Below are positions 39,162 to 43,578 of a stretch of DNA of 43,578 nucleotides, piece by piece (positions within the stretch are counted from its first letter, which is position 1; each line of letters starts with the position of its first letter). Made by a program: the position numbers and the translations under genes. The notes beneath the pieces are model-generated. The model saw nothing but the letters and a program-made list of their open reading frames with translations. It did no database searches and had not been told where the DNA came from. This DNA is from a virus: IMG/VR virus record IMGVR_UViG_3300045988_008873; one strand, written 5' to 3'.

Positions 39162-39357
39162 TATCCATTACAATGTCGCTCATAATGTTAGCGGCAAAAA
39201 TAGCCTTGTCTTGCCCCGTCGAATTGAAATATCCTGTCTTTGTTGTCCCATCCTCCGCAGTAGCAACAATGCAGATCGATGAGGGCTTGAAATCTAACAC
39301 AGTTTTTAGGGATTCTTCCAGCCATGCGGAATACTCCTGCTTTGTAATGTCCTCCAT
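39109..39357 (-). CDS. Hypothetical protein (82 aa from MEDITKQ).
   Basis: The ATG at 39357 shares 1 nt with the upstream stop. Its 3' end overlaps the next gene by 53 nt. Confidence 0.45.
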   Translation of the reverse strand: MEDITKQEYSAWLEESLKTVLDFKPSSICIVATAEDGTTKTGYFNSTGQDKAIFAANIMSDIVMDIVKINAEDIKKILDGTE

Positions 39358-39668
39358 TATTGTTCTGTCTCCTTTTTGAAGCTGTCCTTCAAACACGCAC
39401 ACAGAAACGCCCCGTTTGTCATCACGTGCCAAATAGACGGCAGCCCGGATTCTGCGTCAATGTGCGTTGGGTCTTCCCAAATTGCCAGAACGTGCCTTAA
39501 AAGCGCCTCGTGCCATCTCTCCGGCTCAATGCTGCGCCAGTCCTCCGCGTTGCCGTATTTCTCAAAGCCGTACATGCGCGTTTCCAGAATCGCAAGGATG
39601 GCTTCCACGGGGACGGTGGACGGTCTTGGCTTTCCTCCGTCAAACTTTGCGCCCTTCAACTGCTCCAT
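39357..39668 (-). CDS. MazG-like (DUF5664-type) nucleotide pyrophosphohydrolase domain protein.
   Basis: KFDGGKPRPSTVP...YGFEKYGNAEDWRS...ALLRHV...ESGLPSIWHVMTNGAF follows the dATP/dGTP diphosphohydrolase N-terminal-domain pattern as I recall it. Confidence 0.5.
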   Translation of the reverse strand: MEQLKGAKFDGGKPRPSTVPVEAILAILETRMYGFEKYGNAEDWRSIEPERWHEALLRHVLAIWEDPTHIDAESGLPSIWHVMTNGAFLCACLKDSFKKETEQ

Positions 39669-39846
39669 GCGTTACCTCCTTCAGTCTTTGCGCCGAAAGC
39701 GCGCTGTATGTTTCCTTTAGAATCTCCACCGTGTAGCGCACCTCGCCGCAGCTTTCGCATAAATATCTTCGTGTTCTGATGATCCGCTCGCTGGTCGGTC
39801 TGCTGTTCATGCACCGCATCTTTTGGTTGCAGCCTGGGCAAATCAT
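39640..39846 (-). CDS. NrdR-like zinc-ribbon protein (68 aa).
   Basis: MICPGCNQKMRCMNSRPT...RRYLCESCGEVRYTVE. Confidence 0.5.
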   Translation of the reverse strand: MICPGCNQKMRCMNSRPTSERIIRTRRYLCESCGEVRYTVEILKETYSALSAQRLKEVTHGAVEGRKV

Positions 39847-39861
39847 AGCTGTATCCCCCTC

Positions 39862-40680
39862 TCACAAGAAAACGGTCTCATCGGTGACTTGTCCATTGTC
39901 TGTGATTTCTACTTCCATTTCATCAGATAATTTCACGCGGATTTCTGCCAGCTTTGCACGAAATGGCGCAAATGACGAGTTATAGCAGTCGCATACAATG
40001 TAGTCTCCATCAAAACGGAACGTGTTTTTGTGGCAGTCCTTGTACTCTGCATTCCTGTTGCAGGTTGAAAGCTTTGCCCATCGTCCCTTCCAGTCCGGAG
40101 CTTTGATTTTGTAATCAGGATACGCTTCCTGGAATGCTGCATACTTTTCCGGGAATAAACCCCGTAGCTGATGCAAAAACATCGGAACGGTTTTGTCCTG
40201 ATAATCCCGAATGACGCCGCCCATTATTGATCGTGGGATAAAATCGCAAATTCTCTTGATGTTTTCTGGCGTGAGTTTGTCTGCGCTTATGTACAGTTTG
40301 TTTGTGCCAAAATGCGGGTCATCGCAACGGATTTCCCCACCGAAATCCTCCAACCATGTATAAGAAACGGTGAGAAAAGCGTCTTCTCCTATGCGTGTAA
40401 TCAAATTGGTTGATGGATATTGCAGTTTCCCATAAGCTGGATTTGTTCTGGCTTCTTTCTGAACCCGTAAAAATGCCTTTGACCGTTTTGTTCCACCATC
40501 CACAATTGTGATATCACCGTTGGGGCATCTGACGCCAAACAGCGTTGTTACGCAAAAACACTTTCCGTTTTTATAGGCAGAGCATTCCTCGGCGCGGTTG
40601 CAGCGGATGTATTCCGCTCTTAACCTACAATCCCTGCTACCATCTCCGTATAAATGCGCGCAAATGCAGTTATCGTTCAT
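39862..40680 (-). CDS. Cys-rich hypothetical protein (272 aa).
   Basis: The N-terminal 55 aa contain 9 Cys and there are further Cys pairs near the C-terminus. I recognise no family. Confidence 0.55.
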   Translation of the reverse strand: MNDNCICAHLYGDGSRDCRLRAEYIRCNRAEECSAYKNGKCFCVTTLFGVRCPNGDITIVDGGTKRSKAFLRVQKEARTNPAYGKLQYPSTNLITRIGEDAFLTVSYTWLEDFGGEIRCDDPHFGTNKLYISADKLTPENIKRICDFIPRSIMGGVIRDYQDKTVPMFLHQLRGLFPEKYAAFQEAYPDYKIKAPDWKGRWAKLSTCNRNAEYKDCHKNTFRFDGDYIVCDCYNSSFAPFRAKLAEIRVKLSDEMEVEITDNGQVTDETVFL

Positions 40681-41177
40681 AGCTGTATCCCCCTTATGTA
40701 CTTATCGAAATATGTCACAGCGACCGCCATAGCCGCCCACATGTCCGCTGCGAACCCGTAAAAGAAACCGGGGTTCTTCTTTGTTCCCTTGCCGTAGTTC
40801 GGCTGACCGGGCGCGTAGCGGTCGACGAGGGCTTGCCGGATGTTCGCATCCTTCGCCGACGCTCTGCCGCAAAGGTAGAGCTTTTCTTCCCGGCGGAAGA
40901 TCTTCTGCGGCGGATGACTCACGCCGTATAACGTCGCAAATTCCCAGAACCGGCCAATCCAGAAGCAGGTGTCGAACACTTCCTGCCCGACCGGCATACC
41001 CATACCCGCCACCATTTCGATTGCCAGATGGTCATACGTGCTGAAAAAAACGCTGTACATCTCCTCGTTCGGAACTTTACCAACGTCCAGCACCTTCCGG
41101 ATTTCCTTCCCGTCGTGCTCTACGAGGACATACCCGGATTCTATATTTCCCGGGTCAATCGCCAGAATCGTTCCCAC
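40677..41177 (-). CDS. RuvC-like Holliday junction resolvase.
   Basis: ILAIDPGNIESGYVL, then HLAIEMV, and a C-terminal acidic or aromatic motif, typical of the phage RuvC family. Confidence 0.65.
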   Translation of the reverse strand: MGTILAIDPGNIESGYVLVEHDGKEIRKVLDVGKVPNEEMYSVFFSTYDHLAIEMVAGMGMPVGQEVFDTCFWIGRFWEFATLYGVSHPPQKIFRREEKLYLCGRASAKDANIRQALVDRYAPGQPNYGKGTKKNPGFFYGFAADMWAAMAVAVTYFDKYIRGIQL

Positions 41178-41697
41178 CTTGCAGCCTCCTTCCGGTCTCG
41201 CACGGCTTCATTTCGGGGCAATCGCCGTATTTCGTGCAATGCGGCTCGAGCAGCCCTTCAAACTCCGGGAAATGATTGACCACCAACCAGCGCATCATTA
41301 AGACAACTTCCCGCGTTTCTTTCGCCGCCAGTTTGCAGATCCGCTTTTCTGTAATAGTCATCAGCTCTTCGGCACTCATGTACCAGATCATGTCTACCGG
41401 CGCGTCCTGCCGCGCTGCGTTCCGGTCGTATTCGTTCTGCCGGTCATTCCGCTGTGACCGGATAAACGACTGTGCGTGGACGTGGCGGGCTAAATGGGTG
41501 CTTACCCAGTACGGCACGTCTTCAAGATAAAACGCAAACTGCAGCGTCCGGATGGGGCTGTGCTGCGCCCGGAGGATTGCGTGCTTCCACTCCAAGTCCG
41601 GTGCTGTTTTCATCTCTTTGCCGATGGTGACCAAAGCGCACTGTTTGGCAAACGCCCAGTCCTCATCGGTGGGATATTTCAAAAGTGTAATGTTCAT
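41155..41697 (-). CDS. ThyX-like (flavin-dependent thymidylate synthase family) protein, short and divergent (180 aa).
   Basis: HLARHVHAQSFIRSQRN compares with the ThyX signature RHRxxSxxxxSxR. The ATG at 41697 has an ATGA overlap. Confidence 0.5.
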   Translation of the reverse strand: MNITLLKYPTDEDWAFAKQCALVTIGKEMKTAPDLEWKHAILRAQHSPIRTLQFAFYLEDVPYWVSTHLARHVHAQSFIRSQRNDRQNEYDRNAARQDAPVDMIWYMSAEELMTITEKRICKLAAKETREVVLMMRWLVVNHFPEFEGLLEPHCTKYGDCPEMKPCETGRRLQGGNDSGD

Positions 41698-41990
41698 TCT
41701 TCCCTCCGTTCTCCGTAGCTGCAAAAATCGTCCGGTTCTACGCAAACCGCCTCGCCGGAATAACCGCGCTCGTTCTCCTTTGGCTCTGTGTGCAGATAGC
41801 ACAGTCCGTTCGGCTGGTTTCTGTAGTATTTGCAGTCCTTGCAGCGAAGCACCCTAACGTAATCTTCTTTCATCACGTTTTTGAAAATGTTCAGAGCGAT
41901 TTCCACCTCGTCCGTGTTTCTCACCATTTGCACAAGCTGCGCTTTGCTCATCTTGCACAGATCGTTCAGCATCTGCTCAAAATCACCCAT
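41694..41990 (-). CDS. Cys-rich hypothetical protein (98 aa from MGDFEQ).
   Basis: GGAGGA lies 9 nt before the ATG at 41990. The protein contains CKDCKYY...C...C. Confidence 0.5.
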   Translation of the reverse strand: MGDFEQMLNDLCKMSKAQLVQMVRNTDEVEIALNIFKNVMKEDYVRVLRCKDCKYYRNQPNGLCYLHTEPKENERGYSGEAVCVEPDDFCSYGERREE

Positions 41991-42261
41991 TGTCTGCGTC
42001 CTCCATCCAACCGTCCATGCGTACCCCGCAGTGCGGGCAGTAATCCATTCGCGCGTCAAATCCGATGTCGCACGCCGAGCAATACTGGATATCTCCTGCC
42101 GCTTCGCTATGGAACGGAATCCACTTCGCGTGAACCACCGGCACAGCGTCTACGACTGGCAGACTGTATAAGTCCTCACGTATCCACTCGTATCCCCACT
42201 CCATTTCGATACAATCAATTACTGCATCTAAATCAACTAACCGCACGATCTTCACCTCCAT
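41983..42261 (-). CDS. Zinc-ribbon protein (92 aa).
   Basis: CSACD...YCPHCGVRMDG. Confidence 0.5.
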   Translation of the reverse strand: MEVKIVRLVDLDAVIDCIEMEWGYEWIREDLYSLPVVDAVPVVHAKWIPFHSEAAGDIQYCSACDIGFDARMDYCPHCGVRMDGWMEDADNG

Positions 42262-42622
42262 CCATACGCGCCCCGCAGTTGGGACAGTGCTTGTAATTCA
42301 GAAGGCTCACGTCATCATCCGTCTCGAAACACCATTCTTCGCCGCAACTGGAGCACTGGATTGTTGTGAGACTGTTCCAATCATCATCTGCTCGCACCTC
42401 CACGCCAGCCTCGTCCAGCAGGTCAGAAAGATCGGTATCCACGCTGCTGCCAATAAAGTCGCCATTTTCGTCGTAGTGGTTGTACTCCGTGGTCGGCCGG
42501 GATTCTATCCCTGCAAGCTCTTTTAAAAGTCTCAGATATTCGTCGTTATCGATGAGCTGAGCCTGATAGAGTTGTCTCAACTGCGCTTTGGTTATGTGCT
42601 TAGCCATCACCACTTCACCCAT
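42233..42622 (-). CDS. Zinc-ribbon protein (about 124-129 aa; start at 42622 or 42607).
   Basis: CSSCGEEW...HCPNCGARMDG, the same C-terminal motif as the downstream gene. Confidence 0.5.
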   Translation of the reverse strand: MGEVVMAKHITKAQLRQLYQAQLIDNDEYLRLLKELAGIESRPTTEYNHYDENGDFIGSSVDTDLSDLLDEAGVEVRADDDWNSLTTIQCSSCGEEWCFETDDDVSLLNYKHCPNCGARMDGGEDRAVS

Positions 42623-42688
42623 CCTTTCACCAAATATCCAAGCCAAAACCCTACAAAAAGAATGTGGAGTATCTGTAACCAATGTACC

Positions 42689-43129
42689 TCAGCCATCCTT
42701 CTTGCCCTCCATTTTCTGCAAAGCCTTTTCGGCTTCTTCGTGGCTCAAAAATACGGTCTCGCCGAATGCCTCGAGCCAGATAAGCGCGAACTTGATAGGA
42801 ACAATGCCAACTGTAAAACGTCCCGGCGTTTGCTCGATGTATTGCAGCCGATAAACCGTATCGCCCACCTTGCACGGCAGAATCAGGACGCGCCCGTCTC
42901 TGTCGGCTTTCATCAGATCCACCATTCGTGAGATGGAGTAATCACAGCTGGAAAGTGTTTCCTCAATTTCCCGAGCCTCTGCGCACGCCTGCGGAGAAAG
43001 CCCCGTGTCCTCGTAGGCTTTCAGCCTTTCCCAAACCTTCTTCTGCGTGCAACTTCCGTTATACGGGCATGGCAGCTCGCGGCACTGTGAAATGTCGCAG
43101 AAGTTGCCTCCAAACGTTAATCGTTCCAT
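42689..43129 (-). CDS. Hypothetical protein (146 aa from MERLTFGG).
   Basis: The ATG at 43129 shares 1 nt with the upstream TGA. Confidence 0.5.
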   Translation of the reverse strand: MERLTFGGNFCDISQCRELPCPYNGSCTQKKVWERLKAYEDTGLSPQACAEAREIEETLSSCDYSISRMVDLMKADRDGRVLILPCKVGDTVYRLQYIEQTPGRFTVGIVPIKFALIWLEAFGETVFLSHEEAEKALQKMEGKKDG

Positions 43130-43305
43130 CACATTCCCTCCCTTTTTAGCTTCACCCGGTAACAGAGCCTTCCGCACCGTTCACAGACCGCGTAATTTGT
43201 GTGATACTTCCCGCCGTGCCGGTTGCTTCTGCGGCGTGTTACCTGCACATACGTATACTTGTTCAGTTTATGCAGACCAATGCGGCAAAGAATGGGGCTT
43301 TTCAT
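43129..43305 (-). CDS. Small basic zinc-ribbon-like protein (58 aa), below the ORF-track cutoff.
   Basis: Hand translation gives MKSPILCRIGLHKLNKYTYVQVTRRRSNRHGGKYHTNYAVCERCGRLCYRVKLKREGM. There is an ATGA overlap with the DUF551 stop, and the SD ggaggtgg is upstream. Confidence 0.5.
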   Translation of the reverse strand: MKSPILCRIGLHKLNKYTYVQVTRRRSNRHGGKYHTNYAVCERCGRLCYRVKLKREGM

Positions 43306-43578
43306 AAATCCACCTCCGACGCTTCCGGCAGCGGCATCCAGTGGGTGACTTCCACTGCCTCGTCTACAAGATCAATCTCATCTTCCCCGTATTCTGCCAA
43401 CAGATCGAGGACTACAGGAGAATCCCAATACCATCTCCCTCTGTAAAAGCACGCAGTACCAGAAAACGGAACGCCCTTTATTTTTTTGTAGTACGGCTCT
43501 GGTGCTCTGTTCACCCACACCACGTTTACAAGTGCTCGTTCCTCCGGCAACCGCTCCGTCACCGGAATCCACCGCCGC
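43302..43578 (-). CDS. 3' portion of the wrap-around gene (DUF551-like C-terminal domain).
   Basis: The ...VTHWMPLPEASE ending is typical of DUF551. The frame stays open to the window end and continues from 269..100. Confidence 0.7.
   Translation of the reverse strand, partial: RRWIPVTERLPEERALVNVVWVNRAPEPYYKKIKGVPFSGTACFYRGRWYWDSPVVLDLLAEYGEDEIDLVDEAVEVTHWMPLPEASEVDL
43480..43578. repeat. Terminal overlap copy 2, identical to 1..99.
   Basis: Same 99-nt string as the window start. Confidence 0.95.

Larger units (their letters stand above)
1..43578. mobile_element. Complete temperate tailed-phage genome (circular contig, unit length about 43,479 bp).
   Basis: The window contains a full set of phage modules: integrase with attP, a cI/Cro switch, recombination and replication genes, terS/terL, portal, capsid, tail, tape measure, fibres and lysis. 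The two ends are identical over 99 bp. Confidence 0.9.

Overview
The window is one complete temperate tailed-phage genome with a siphovirus-like layout, about 43.48 kb. It comes from a circularly closed contig: bases 1..99 are repeated exactly at 43480..43578, and the cut point lies inside an intact gene. SD-type RBSs and the XhlA/holin/NlpC-P60 lysis cassette suggest a Firmicutes/Clostridia-like host, but that is only a guess.

Almost all genes are on the minus strand. Reading the minus strand, and wrapping through the window ends, the order is:
- Cro-like early operon (8516 downward).
- A protein with a RAMP-like motif.
- A 720-bp ORF-free motif array.
- A protein carrying an 18-bp tandem repeat.
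- Recombination and replication genes: Rad52-like SSAP, NinB/Orf, HNH, SSB and a DUF1376 replication protein.
- A C5-MTase-like gene plus a radical-SAM gene.
- After the wrap: DUF551, zinc-ribbon paralogs, ThyX-like, RuvC-like and MazG-like genes, then a RinA-like late activator.
- terS, terL, portal, head, tail, tape measure and tail fibres.
- The lysis cassette.
- A terminator, then a separately promoted cargo operon (17083..12951).

The plus strand carries the lysogeny module: a cI-like repressor, accessory genes, a membrane-anchored XRE protein and a tyrosine integrase. This is followed by an attP that contains a tRNA 3' end, flanked by arm-type repeats.

The items most worth following up are:
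- The 720-bp motif array together with the neighbouring protein that has a RAMP-like glycine-rich loop.
- The GI[E/K]AGx hexapeptide-repeat protein.
- A promoter-to-terminator unit of about 300 nt with an 18-codon ORF inside the genetic switch.
- The cargo operon, driven by a consensus promoter with an embedded palindrome, that encodes low-complexity and Cys-rich proteins.
- The candidate DNA-modification genes.

All functional calls rest on motifs read by eye. No database search was possible.
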